DNA of 34,840 bases. Source: Octopus bimaculoides (lineage: Eukaryota). The position numbers were made by a program, and so were the translations under genes. The notes under the pieces were generated by a model. The model was not told the DNA's origin. It saw nothing but the letters and a program-made list of their open reading frames with translations, and ran no database searches. The stretch is from contig NC_068996.1 of assembly GCF_001194135.2 (NCBI RefSeq), forward strand, positions 37,139,728 through 37,174,567, written 5' to 3'. Shown piece after piece: positions 1 to 11,333 of this stretch (its first letter is position 1; each line of letters starts with the position of its first letter).

Positions 1-600
1 TGAGATGAAATTTTAATCTATGACGTTGTATGTATCACTTTCTCTCTCTCTCCCTCTCCCTCTTTTACTCTTACTCTCTATATTTTTATGTTGAGCGTGT
101 GTGTAAGAATGGCGTTCCAGGTAGCAGGGATGAACTATAAAAGTTGCTAGAAACAACAGCCAAATCTCCCTTAAATCACACAAAGTAAACGGAATTTTAA
201 AAATCTAATTACTGCACTGGAAAGTTCACATCGAGAAAATTCCATTGATGTAAAAACTTTTACGAAAAGTGGAAAATGTGGATTTCTATAAACTTTCAAA
301 AAGGCTTCACACAAACACACAATTTCAGCTTTATATATTAAGATAAACTTACCTTATTTGTATTTAACTTTCCTCTATCAATTCTATTTACTTTACTTGT
401 CTTTAATCAGCCTGTAAACACCTCACCTGATATTATGCTCATGTTGCATAAATGTAACTTTAATGTTTATTAATGAATATTAATAGAAATGACTTTAAAT
501 GGAGATGACCAATTTGCTGTTAATTATAAATGATTATTAACTTCCCAATCTCCATTTTCTTCTTCTTTTAAATGAGTATGAAATATATATATATATTATA

Positions 601-895
601 GGTGCAGGCATGGCTGTGTGATAAGAAGCTTTCTTCCCAACCACATGGTTCTGGGTTCAGTCCCAGTGTGTGGTACCTTGGGCAAGTGTTGTCTACTATA
701 GCCTTGGGCCAACCAAAGTCTTGTGAGTGTACTTGTTGATGAAAACTGAAAGAAGCCCGTTGTATATATATATGTATATCTTTCCTTCTATAGGCACAAA
801 GTCTGAAATTTTGGGGAAGGGGGCCAATTGATTAGACTGACCACAGTATGCAACTGGTGCTTAATTTATCGACCCTGAAAGGATGAAAGGCAAAG

Positions 896-928
<33 letters not shown>

Positions 929-1140
929 TTAAGTATGTGTTTTTGTGTCTTCCCACCATTACTTGACATCTGATGTTGGTGTGCTTACATCTAACTTAGT
1001 GGTTTGGCAGAAGAGACTGATAGAATAAGCTCCCAGCTTACAAAAAATAAGTCCAGGGGTCGATTTCTTCAACTAAAAGGCAGTGCTCCAGCATGGCCCC
1101 CCAGTCAAATGACTGAGACAAGTAAAAGAATAACAGAATA
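601..1140 (+). mobile_element. tRNA-headed SINE family A (CORE-like), full length
   Basis: A-box-like TGGCTGTGTG and B-box GGTTCAGTCCC, then CCTTGGGCAAGTG, a (TA)n spacer and a tail ending agtaaaagaa. At least 10 related copies in the window. Confidence 0.85.
785..897 (-). mobile_element. SINE family B 3' fragment nested in the (TA)n of the 601-1140 SINE
   Basis: ttctataggcacaaagtctgaaatttt..tttatcgaccctgaaaggatgaaaggcaaagt, flanked by TA repeats. Confidence 0.8.
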
Positions 1141-1929
1141 TCGATGTGTATATGCATATATATATTTATACATACATGTACACACATACACACACACACA
1201 CACACACATAAGCTGCCACTAATGCATATGAGAGTAAGAAGCTCTGCTATTTCATTATGCAAGTTAATGGCCCAAGAATTTTGCACCAGTTCCTTTTTGC
1301 TTTCCAAAGAGGGCTCTACTCTACTTACTATAAACTAAATCAACAGAAATTACGGGTATTAGGTTCACCATTTTTCTGAACTATGAGCTGGTTGTTGATG
1401 ATTTCGTAATTGGCACTATTTGACAAAAATCTGTCATCTTAACAGATGAGTTAGTAACAACAATAAGCTGAATCTTGTTAAAGTACCTGAAAAAGATGGA
1501 ATTTGCAGTAAGGTCTTGCACTTTGGTAGCAGACTAGTTGTATGACAGAGAATCTCCACAAGCTTATTAGAATAGTCTGAAGAGTTGGTGTTGTTTCCAA
1601 GGCCCGAAAAGATGCAGTTATCTTTCCTCATTATAAAAGAGAGGGAGTCAGAATAAAATATGACAACCATTGTGGCATTGCTCTACTGTCAGCTTCTGGC
1701 AAGTGTTCTTATCAGTCTGAATAAATAGCTTGTAAATGATGTCTTATCTGAATCTCAATGTGGCTTCCATTCAAACTTAGAATTGACTGTTCCATAAAAA
1801 TATATTAGAAACATTTGGGTAAAATATTAAGTGGGGTATGTATGGTATGTCAAGATATGATCATTGTGGCAAGAGAGTGTTGTATAATGAAGAAGTGTAG
1901 TGGGAGTGCTAGACTGCCCAGTGTATGCA

Positions 1930-2200
1930 GCTGAGGTCTTCTCTGGTATTTATTTCAGCTGAAAGATCCCTTATGATAATGGCTTCCTTAATCTTCAAGT
2001 TGCCGATGTTACTGCTGGCAACTAATATAGTTGTTGTTATTTCCCCTTGTATGACATCTTTCTTGATCATTTGTTCTCAACAGGGATCTACATGGCTCTT
2101 GGGATTCCACATAGGATTTAGTTGTTATTTTTATCTGCAATAAATCGTTTATACTTCTACAATACACAAAGTCTTTAAATACTTTTTCACACAATTCCTA
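1930..2200 (-). mobile_element. Decayed Penelope-like element, GIY-YIG endonuclease remnant
   Basis: The minus strand reads KSYVES..CRSLLRT.. and ILVASSNIGNLKIKEAIIIRDLSAEINTRED, resembling the YVG..R..EH and L..EAxxI....P.LN motifs of PLE GIY-YIG domains. Multiple frameshifts and stops. Confidence 0.45.
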
Positions 2201-2749
2201 ATATCTAATCAAAAGAATCATAATAGGAGTTTTTAGACATCAAATAGCTATAAGCAAAACCCCTACCAAGTTAAATAGGAATCAAAGTAAAAAAAAAAAA
2301 AACGGTTGAGAACTATTGGTCTAGATGCTTTTTTACTGGAGAGGCATGAGCGTACATGTGTTCCTTGATCTGGATGTAACTTATTTTGTTCTTCCTCCTT
2401 CTATTTGAACCTTTTCTCCTTGTATTTGTTTGATTGTAACCACCTTTTATGTGATTGCTTTTAAATGGACATAGTCATGGAAGGCAGATGTTAAATGATG
2501 ATGATGATGTAGTGAGCTGTTGGCAAAATTCAAAGACGAAAGCTGTCAGCTTATTGTGTCTATTGTTGAATCCTGATGAATTAACTTTATCATTGACTGT
2601 TAAGGAAGATCTCCACAGTACAAGAAATGGTCCAGTAGTTGTCAACATGGAAATGGCATTATGCAAGACTGACTTATTGAGGTTAATAAAACATGTGTAA
2701 ACTAAACAATAAACATAGTTAGCTAACTCTGTTCTTTGATGCTCTTTTG

Positions 2750-3120
2750 GTAGGCATAGATGAGCAGTAAGAAGCTTGCTTCCCAACCACATGGCTCTGG
2801 GTTCAGTACTGCTGCACGATACCTTGGGAAAGTATCTACTACTATTGTCACGGGGTGACCAAAGCCTTATGAGTGGATTTGGCAGACAGAAACAACTGAA
2901 AGAAGCCTGTTGCGTGTGTGTGTGTGTGTGTTTGTCCCCTGTCACCACTTGACAACTAGTGTTGGTGTGTTTACATCTCCATAACTTAACAGTTCAGTGA
3001 AAGAAACTGATATAATAAGTATAGGCTTAGAAAATGTAAGTACTGAAGCCAATTCATTTAACTAAACTCCTTCAAGGTGGTGGTGCCCCAGCATGGCCAT
3101 CATCTAATGAAAGAAACAAG
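2750..3120 (+). mobile_element. SINE family A
   Basis: aagaagcttgcttcccaaccacatggctctgggttcagt..(TG)n..ttgacaactagtgttggtgtgtttacatc..gccccagcatggcc. Confidence 0.85.
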
Positions 3121-4024
3121 ATACATGTGAAAGCAAACAAACACATCGAACAAAAAGAAAGGGAAAAATGTATCTCTAGCTAAAACACAAAGACAGCATC
3201 TCATCTACAGTTTTAATTGCATGGATTAAAAAATATCTATGACTCATTTTTCCCTTTCTTCTCTGTCCATCTATCTGTCTCTTTTGCTGGCCCTAATTAC
3301 TCACATGAGATTGTGCATGTGTGTGTGTAGTTGTGTAACCAAGCACCAAATGCCCAAAGTGAATGATACTTGTGGAAAAGAAAGAGAGACTGAGGAAAAC
3401 TTAGAATGAAATACTGAGTACTGCAGAAAACCTGACCTCCCACACAAGCTTAGTGTTTGCATCTATCCCTTGTCTGCTGTTTTGTGCATGCTACCCCACC
3501 CACCACCAACCATTTTATTTATTCTATACCCTATCCACTATGTCTTCTTATCCTCTCATCTTCCCATCATCTTTTTATGTCACCATGCTGTGTCACCCAC
3601 AACTGAAAAAAATATTCTATCTATGCCTATGGAATAAATACCTACCTCCCTCATACTTACACTACCAGTATTTTACAGCCCCTCTTTCCTCTTGAATCAA
3701 GATTCTTGAGTAAGGAGGGATTGCACCCTCACATCCTTTACTCATCTATTCTGATTCGCTGTTACCAAACTCTCTGGGACACATTACCTTGAGGATACAC
3801 TATGCACCCTTATCATCATCTTATCTCTCTTCCAGATACCCCTGCATTACTACCCAACATATAATGTGGGGTAGCAATGCATCACTCCTTACTCAACCTT
3901 CCCACCGTCCTATCACTAACTCTCTCCCTCACAACCTCCTCCCCTCATCACATCACTACTGTCTACTACTTTCCCTTTGATTACCCTCATTCTCTAACAC
4001 TGCCTCTGTTACTCTTTCCCCTCT

Positions 4025-4290
4025 TCATCATTATCATTATTTATCATTTTTGTTCCATGCTGGCATGGGTAGGACGGTTTGACAGAAGTTAGTCAGCTGA
4101 AGAGCTGCCCAGGCTCCATGTCTGTTTTGGTATGGTTTCAATGGCTGGATCCCCTTCCTAATGCCAACCATTTTACAGAATATGCTGGGTGCTTTTATGC
4201 AGCACTGGAATGGATACATTCAAATAGCACCAGTATGGGTGCTTTTTACATGGCAGCAGCACCCACGAACTCACAAGATAAGGGATGCAG
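4025..4290 (-). mobile_element. RTE 3' tail fragment
   Basis: ttccatgctggcatgggtaggacggtttgac and ccttcctaatgccaacc are shared with the RTE 3' end. Confidence 0.75.
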
Positions 4291-4650
4291 GGGACAAGCC
4301 TTGCTCTTAACAATAAACCTGTGTAACTACAATAACAATTATTTTGGACCCTGTTGAACCATCCAAACCTTGCTAGTATGGCAGATGGACAGACCCACCT
4401 CATCCACTGGTACCAAATGCTATTCAACACACTGCACTACTACTATCACCTTGTCACACAACCACACCCACTGTCTTTCACACTAATTCCTGACATTATT
4501 CTCCACCTTCTCCTCTCCTGTCTCCATAACTCCCACCCTAACACTATCCCCTTTGTTATTTGTCTCCATTACCATCCTCTCACAATAAATTTTCTCCTTT
4601 CCATCGACACTGCTTACCAAAAACCATAGCATATATATATATATATATAT

Positions 4651-5155
4651 AAATGGGCTGGTTACTCCACCGGCATAGGCCACAGGTTATGGCCAAGTGA
4701 GACCATAACCTGTGGCCTATGCTGGTAGTGTAACCAGCCCCTTTAGGCATACCTTTCTTTCATTGGACACTAAACTATGCTTGTGAAGACCTGTTGAGGC
4801 AAGTGAAATTGGAATCGAATTTGACGACGGCACCGCATGACTGGCTTCCGTGCTAGTGGAGTGCTAAGAGCACCATCCAAGTGTGATCATAGCCAGGGCT
4901 GCTGTGTAGCCGCTGTGTCAATGGCACGTAAAAAATACCATTCGAGCATTTTCGTTACCAGCGTCGCCTTATTGACACTAAAAGCACTCACTACACTCTC
5001 GGAGTGGTTGGCGTTAAGAAGGGCGTCCAGCTGTAGAAACTCTGCCAGATCCGATTGGAGCCGGGTGCAACCATCTGGCTCACTAGTCCCCAGTCAAACT
5101 GTCCAAGCCATGCCAGCATGGAAAGCAGACGTTAAATGACGGTGATGGTGATGAT
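4651..5155 (+). mobile_element. 5'-truncated RTE copy (3' UTR only) with fold-back 5' end
   Basis: From 4693 it matches the end of ORF and 3' UTR of the 6169-9680 element (ccaagtgagaccataacc..gacgttaaatga). 4651-4692 is an inverted copy of 4703-4744. Confidence 0.85.
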
Positions 5156-5456
5156 ATATATATTTATATATATGAGTATATCTACAGCCTAAGAACATGG
5201 CGAATGAATTTTTACCAATGAGCCAAATGGCCTTCTGTAGTGGCACTGTCACAGACATATGAGCAGTAAACTACTGTAGGTTTTACTTCAGTTTCATGGT
5301 CAAAGCTAAAAATATTTCATAGCTTTGATGAAGAAACTAGTCCGTCTTTGGGATGTGGTTTTTGACAATGTTATAGGATAGAGTGATTGCTTTGACTGAA
5401 TCGCATGAATGGAAATACTGGATATTTATGGTAGTACTACAAGGAAGACTGTTGTA

Positions 5457-6011
5457 CACAGACATGCAGGAAGTAAATAGACACCTTTAATTTTCAAAAT
5501 TTCTGATCCAAGTGTCTTAATATGTTTTCAATGATGTAGAATTTACAATGTAATTATTCCTTTTCATTCTAGATGCCACTATATTAAACATTTGCAAAGA
5601 GTAACCCTGCCACGCACAAAAACTTCAGCAGAACTGTCAGATTTTCAAAAAGGTTGTATTGTTGGGCAATCTGAGGCTAGTCTTAGCCAGCAACAAATTG
5701 CCAAAAATCTTCAAATTCCTCTTGCTGTTAATAGAATTATAGTGCAATTCAAAAACCAAGGAAAAGAATCAACAGATTCTAGTCCTGGCCAACCGAGGCC
5801 CTTGGAAAGGAAGCTTTGCTGTTTGAAGAGAATCGTGGAACACAAACCCCATTCAAAGGCTTCTGACATTGCAAAACAGTTAGTCCAAGAGCATGTGTTA
5901 CATATCTGCATAAGCTTAGGTATTATAGACGAGCATAATTCTTCAACCAATTAATATCAAATAAAAGATTTTGAAAATTAAACGTGTCTATTTACTTCCT
6001 GCATGTCTGCG
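5457..6011 (+). mobile_element. Internally deleted Tc1-like DNA transposon (555 bp)
   Basis: 44-bp TIRs CACAGACATGCAGGAAGTAAATAGACAC.. (42/44 identical; 5457-5500 and 5968-6011) with TA on both sides. Internal ORF ELSDFQKGCIVG..SQQQIAKNLQIP..GQPR is a Tc1-type paired/HTH N-terminus. No DDE domain. Confidence 0.92.
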
Positions 6012-6162
6012 TATATATTTTTGTGTATGTGCGTGTGTGTGTGTGTCTCTCTCTTTGTCTTAACATCATGCAATAGTTGTAAGCAAATATCATCAATGTA
6101 CGTTGTTTCCAGCCTTATGCATAAACATGTCCAGCTATGAGGGATATATTAACTTTCTTTAA

Positions 6163-9100
6163 CCCTTTCATCATCATCATTAAACATCCGCTTTCTGTGC
6201 TGGCATGGGTTGGACGGTTTGTCTGACGAGCCAGATGGCTGCATCAGGTCCAAACTGATCTGGCAGAGTTTCTACAGCTGGATGCCCTTCCTAACGCCAA
6301 CCACTCCAAGAGTGTAGTGGGTGCTTTTACATGCCACCAGTACGAGGGCTAGATATGCAGTACTGGCAACGGTCATGCTCAAAATGGTGTATTTTATGTG
6401 CCACCTGCACAGGAGCCAGTCCAGCATCACTGGCAACAACCTTGTTCAAATGTTGATTTTCACGTGCCGGTAAGGTAATGCTGGTAACGATCATGCTCAA
6501 ATGGTGCTTTTTATGTGCCACCGGTATGGGAGCCAGTCAGCGGCCCTGGCAACGATTACGCTCGGATGGTGCTTTTAATGTTCCATTGGCATGGGTGCTA
6601 GTCAGGCGGTGCTGTCAGCGAATTTGATTTTGATTGTGATTTCACTTGCCTCAACAGGTCTTCAGAAGCAAAGTTTAGTGTCCAACGAAATAAAGGTACA
6701 CATAAGTAGGTTAGTTACACCCCTGGCGTAGGCCACGGGTTATGGTCTCACTTGGCTTGCCAGGTCTTCTCAAGCACAGCATATTTCCAAAGGTCTTGGT
6801 CACTAGTCATTGCCTCGGTGAGGCNNNNNNNNNNATTTCCAAAGGTCTTGGTCACTAGCCATTGCCTCGGTGAGGCCCAATGTTTGAAGGTCGTGCTTCA
6901 CCATCTCATCCCAGGTCTTCCTGGGTCTACTTCTACAGGTTCCCTGAACTGCAAGGGTGTGACACTTTTTCACACAGCTGTCCTCATCCACTCACACCAC
7001 ATGACCATACCATCACAGTTGCCTCTCTTGCACACCACATCTGATGCTTCTTAAGACCAACTTTTCTCTCAGAGTGCTTACACTCTGTCGTATATGCACA
7101 CTGACATTACACATCCATTGGAGCATACTGGCTTCATTCCTTGCAAGCTAACACATGTCCTCAGCAGTCACAGCCCATGTTTCACTGCCAGGTAGCATGG
7201 CTGTTTGTACACATGCATCATACAGTCTACCTTTTACTCTGAGCGAGAGGCCCTTTGTCACCAGCAAAGGTAGGAGGTCTTTGAACTTTGCCCAGGCTAA
7301 TCTTATTTTAGCAGCTACGCTTTCAGAGCACCCACTCCCGCTACTGACTTGGTCACCTAGGTAACAGAAGCTATCAACTACTTCTAGTTTTTCTCCCTGG
7401 AATGTAACAGTTGTTCTCTGCACATTTCCAGTGTTTATTCCTCCTGAGCATCTGCCACATACAAAAACTATCTTTCCAGTTAGCTTTCCTTTGATATTGC
7501 TGCACCTGTGTCCATAGCTTACACTGGGAACGTCTAATAGAGTTTCTACCTACACCTTTTCTACAGATCAAGCAGGGCCATCTACCTGAAGGGATTTGTA
7601 GTTTGTCTACCTTCCTAATTAAGACTTTGGTTTTAGCTAGGTTGACTCTAAGGCCCTTTGATTCTAATCCTTGCTTCCACATGTGAAACTTCTCTAGTTC
7701 TGATAGTGACTCAGCAATAAGAGCAAGGTCATCAGCATAGAGGAGCCCGCAGGGGCATCCTGTCTTGAATTCCTCTGTTATTGCTTGGAGGACTATGATA
7801 AATAGGAGGGGGCTGAGGACTGAACCTTGGTGGACCCCTATCTCAACCCGGAATTCTTCACTGTACTCGTTGCCAACCCTCACCTTACTGACGGTGTCCC
7901 TGTACATGGCTTGTACAGCTCTCACTAACCATTCATCTATCCCTAGTTTCCTCATTGACCACCAGATAAAAGATCAGGGGACCCTGTCAAAGACTTTCTC
8001 CATTTCAACGAAAGCCAGGTACAGCGGTTTATCTTTGGCTAGGTATTTCTCCTGCAGCTGTCTTACCAGAAATATAGCATCAGTGGTGTTTTTCCCTGGT
8101 ACGAACCCAAACTGCATCTTATCTAAACTGACCCTCTCCATGACTTTCATTACCTGGTCCAACAACTTGATACCTCTGTAATTATTTGTGTCTAAAGCGT
8201 CACCTTTACCTTTGTAGCAGTTGACTATGGTGCTGCTACACCAGTCATTGGGAATGACTCCTTCGTGTATAACCTGATTAACTATACAGGTGACTAGGCT
8301 ATAACAGACACCGCCAGATATTTTGAGCATCTCTGCGGTGATTCCTGATGGGCCGGGGGGCTTTCCCCGTCTTCGTACCCTTAATTGCTTTATCTACCAA
8401 GGTACTGTCAATTCAGATAGCTGGTCCTTCTGTTGGGTCGACATTTGGCAGACTCTCTTTCTCCCATTCATTCTCTTTATTGAGCAACCTTTCAGAGTGG
8501 CATCTCCAAACCTCTCTCTTTGCAACCTTGTTGAATGTAAGTGAACCATCATCCATGCGGACATATTTCTCTCCTATGACATCATGATTCTCTCTCACAC
8601 ACTGTCTTGCAACAAGAAATACCTCTAGTCTTTGGTCCTCACAATGCAGAACATTGACAAATTTTTTCTTATCTGCTTCCCCTCTGGCTAAATAAACTTG
8701 TTTCCTAGCCTCCCTTCTGGCAGTCTGATACAATTCCTTGCTACCACCGTTCTTCCAGTCCTTCCAAGCCCGTTTCTTTTGTCTAATAGCCCTGTCAACA
8801 ACATTGTTCCACCACCACGTTACCTTGGGTCGAGAGGGGACTTCCACAGATCTGGTCAGTAGCCCTCATCAGGTTGTCCCGTAGAAACTTCCAGTTGTCT
8901 TCTACATCATATGATACTATATCCCCTTCTATTTCGTCAAAGGCTTTGAGTAATATGTCTCTACATCTCTGTCCATTTGCAAGATCTTTAAGCTTCCAGA
9001 CCCTTCTCCTCCATGCTGGTCATCTTCTGGGTATCCATTTAGCCCTGATCCTGAAGTCGCTAACTACTAGTCTAGGTTTCGGCATTTATAAGCAGCCATC

Positions 9101-9869
9101 TTTCCTTTTTTCTGGCAAGGATGTAGTCAATTTGGCAAGTGTGTCTGCCAGAACAGTAGGTGAGACAAGGTGACTGGCAGGTTTCCTGAAGTTAGAAACC
9201 ATAAGATTATTTGCATCACAGAACTCCAGCAGCCTGGTTCCCTCCTCACTACAGGAACCAAAACCATAGCCTCTATGTACCCCATGGAAGCCCTCTGCAT
9301 GTTGTCCAACATATCCATTGAAGTCACCAGCTACAAAGAGATGGTCTCTGTCATTCGTCAATGAGGTAGTCTGCAAGAGGGTGTCATAGAATCAGTCTTT
9401 CTGTCCATCAGGTAGCCCCGGCTGAGGGGCATAGGCCTAGATAATGGTTGCTAACCCATGATGTAGCACTAATCTAATCTTAAGTATTCTATTGCATACT
9501 CTGACTACCTCGATTACCTTATCCACCCATTTCTCCACAAGAAGTATACCCATGCCCCCAACCCCATCAGTATTCCCTGCCCAGAAAATCTTGTACCTGT
9601 GTTCTTTGCCTGTGAGGAACCTAGCAGAACCTCCTCTCCATCTTACTTCTTGGAGGCAGCAGATATCGACACATCTAAAATTGTATTATGACTATTTATT
9701 GATCTTGTTTTGAACTAATCAAGTATATCTTGTACCATCAAGATTTTGTTGATGTGAAAGTATATTTTTTGAATGCAATTGTACTGTGTGAGAGAACCAA
9801 TCGAGTTGGTTTGAACATAAAACAGGTAGAATATTTCAGCCGGATATGACTAGTTTAAATACTAAAGGG
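6163..9869 (+). mobile_element. piggyBac-like MITE split by the RTE LINE
   Basis: TTAA|CCCTTT at 6159-6168. The body resumes near 9680 and ends ACTAAAGGG|TTAA at 9870-9873. Confidence 0.6.
6169..9680 (-). mobile_element. RTE-clade LINE, 5'-truncated and frameshifted (APE endonuclease, RT, long 3' UTR, (TGA)n tail)
   Basis: Fragments read VDICCLQEVRWRG, SAYAP, AGDFNG (APE), then KGKGDALDTNNYRGIKLL, QFGFVPGK, GVHQGSVLSPLLF, LLYADDL, YLG and RKTWDE. Stop at 6748-6750, 3' UTR runs to a TGA-repeat tail near 6170. Confidence 0.95.
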
Positions 9870-10107
9870 TTAAAACAAGTTAGGGCCGACAACAGGAAGG
9901 ACATCCAGTTATAGAAAATCTGTTTCAACAAATGACAACCAATACATGACAAGTGGAGAAAGTACTGTGAGTTGTTGAGTTGTTGGTAGAAGATACTTAT
10001 AATAGAGATGGATAAAAACAGGATCTATAAAGTAATAGTAAGATTAAATCTGAAAGCAGTGACCTCACACATGCATATATAGGATGGTGTGGAAAATAAC
10101 TGAATTG

Positions 10108-10290
10108 AGGAAGAGTTGGCTGTGTGGTAAGAAGCTTGCTTCCCAACCATATGGTTACGAGTTCAGTCCCACTGTGTGGCACCCACCTTAGGCAAGTGTC
10201 TTCTACTACAGACCTGGGCCGACCAAAACCCTTGTGAGTAGATTTAGTAGACAGAAACTGAAAAAGCCCATCATATATATATACACACAC
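10108..10290 (+). mobile_element. SINE family A head and core
   Basis: tggctgtgtggtaagaagcttgcttcccaacc..agttcagtcccactgtgtggcac..ggcaagtgtcttctac. Confidence 0.85.
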
Positions 10291-10439
10291 ACACACACAA
10301 ATCATCATTTTAGCATCCATTTTCTCATGCTTGAATGAATCAGAGGAAAGATGTTGAGGCAGATTTTCTATAACTGGATGTCTTTCCTGTCATCAGTTCT
10401 GACTTTTTTGAAGAAAGTAAATACATCCCACAAAGCAAG

Positions 10440-10860
10440 ATGGCAAGCTGGTAGAATCATTAGCATGCCAGGTAAAATGCTTAGCGATATTTCATCCATC
10501 TTCCCTGTTCTTAGATCAAATTCCACCAAAGTCAACTTTACCTTTTGTCATTTCAGGATTGATAAAATAAGTACCAGTTGAGCACTAGGGTCGATGTAAT
10601 CGATTTAACCTCTTCCCTGAAATGGCTGGCCTTGTGCCAAAGTTTGAAATCAATATTAAAGACACCAATCTGGCAGAATATTAGCAACATTTCATCCATT
10701 CATACGTTCTGAGTCCAAATTCTGCCAAGGCCAACTTTGCATTTCATCCTTTCGGAGTTGACAACATAGGTACCAGTTGAATATTGGGGTTGATGTAATC
10801 AACTTAACCCTCCACCACCACTCCGAAGTTGTTGGCCTTGAGCCAAAATTTGAAAGTAAT
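10440..10860 (+). mobile_element. Two tandem SINE family B copies (10440-10657, 10670-10860)
   Basis: ggcaagctggtagaatcattagca..caaattcc..ctttaccttt..aagtaccagttg..ggccttgtgcc. Confidence 0.8.
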
Positions 10861-10994
10861 ACATCCCCAGAACTAGACATGTTTACACAAGATTGGAAAC
10901 AAAAGTACATTGATTATAAGATTGGTAGTTACACCTGTTGCATAATGTCAAGACAAAGATACACATATGCACAAGACTTTGGTTGGCTGGGAGC

Positions 10995-11075
10995 TATAGC
11001 AGAAAACACTTGCTCAATGTGCCCCACAATGAGATTTGAGCCCAGCATCATTGGTCAGGAAGCAAACTTTCAATG
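10995..11075 (-). mobile_element. SINE family A head fragment
   Basis: Reverse-complement head: tgccccacaatgagatttgagccc..ggaagcaaactt. Confidence 0.5.
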
Positions 11076-11333
11076 ACAGGACTGTACCAAATGATAATAA
11101 AATGGTGCTAACGAAGAAGATGGCAATGATATTTTTTTCCACTGATTAAACAATCACAATACAGAGATATCTTAATCATATTCCAATCTTAATAACTCTG
11201 ATAATCAGCATCTCAAATTCTCCACAAGATCAAATATTTTTGCAACAGATACAGTTAACAAATGTGGCAGGATTATGAAATTATATCATTTTATATGAAA
11301 GTTAATTCAAAATAAGGTAATAATTAATAAAAG

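Noticed and set aside
200-344. Terminus tcagctttatatattaagat resembling Helentron/DINE-type ends
   Set aside because: No subterminal inverted repeats or second copy could be confirmed in this window.
1004-1338. Short ORFs rich in HT/YI/CV repeats (also 19295-19582, 21995-22195, 28931-29244)
   Set aside because: These are translations of (CA)n, (TA)n and (TATG)n microsatellites and SINE sequence.
1415-1445. Minus-strand CTG(TT)AAGA-T-GACA..TGTC-AAA motif downstream of the GIY-YIG remnant
   Set aside because: It needs two indels in the catalytic core to fit a hammerhead, which is too degenerate to support.
6783-6876. 42-bp direct duplication in the RTE (6783-6824 and 6835-6876)
   Set aside because: It flanks a 10-N gap exactly, which is typical of unmerged contig overlap (assembly artefact).
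11100-11333. Polyadenylation signal for the ZNF gene
   Set aside because: No AATAAA or ATTAAA was found on the minus strand in this interval, so the 3' end is not assigned.
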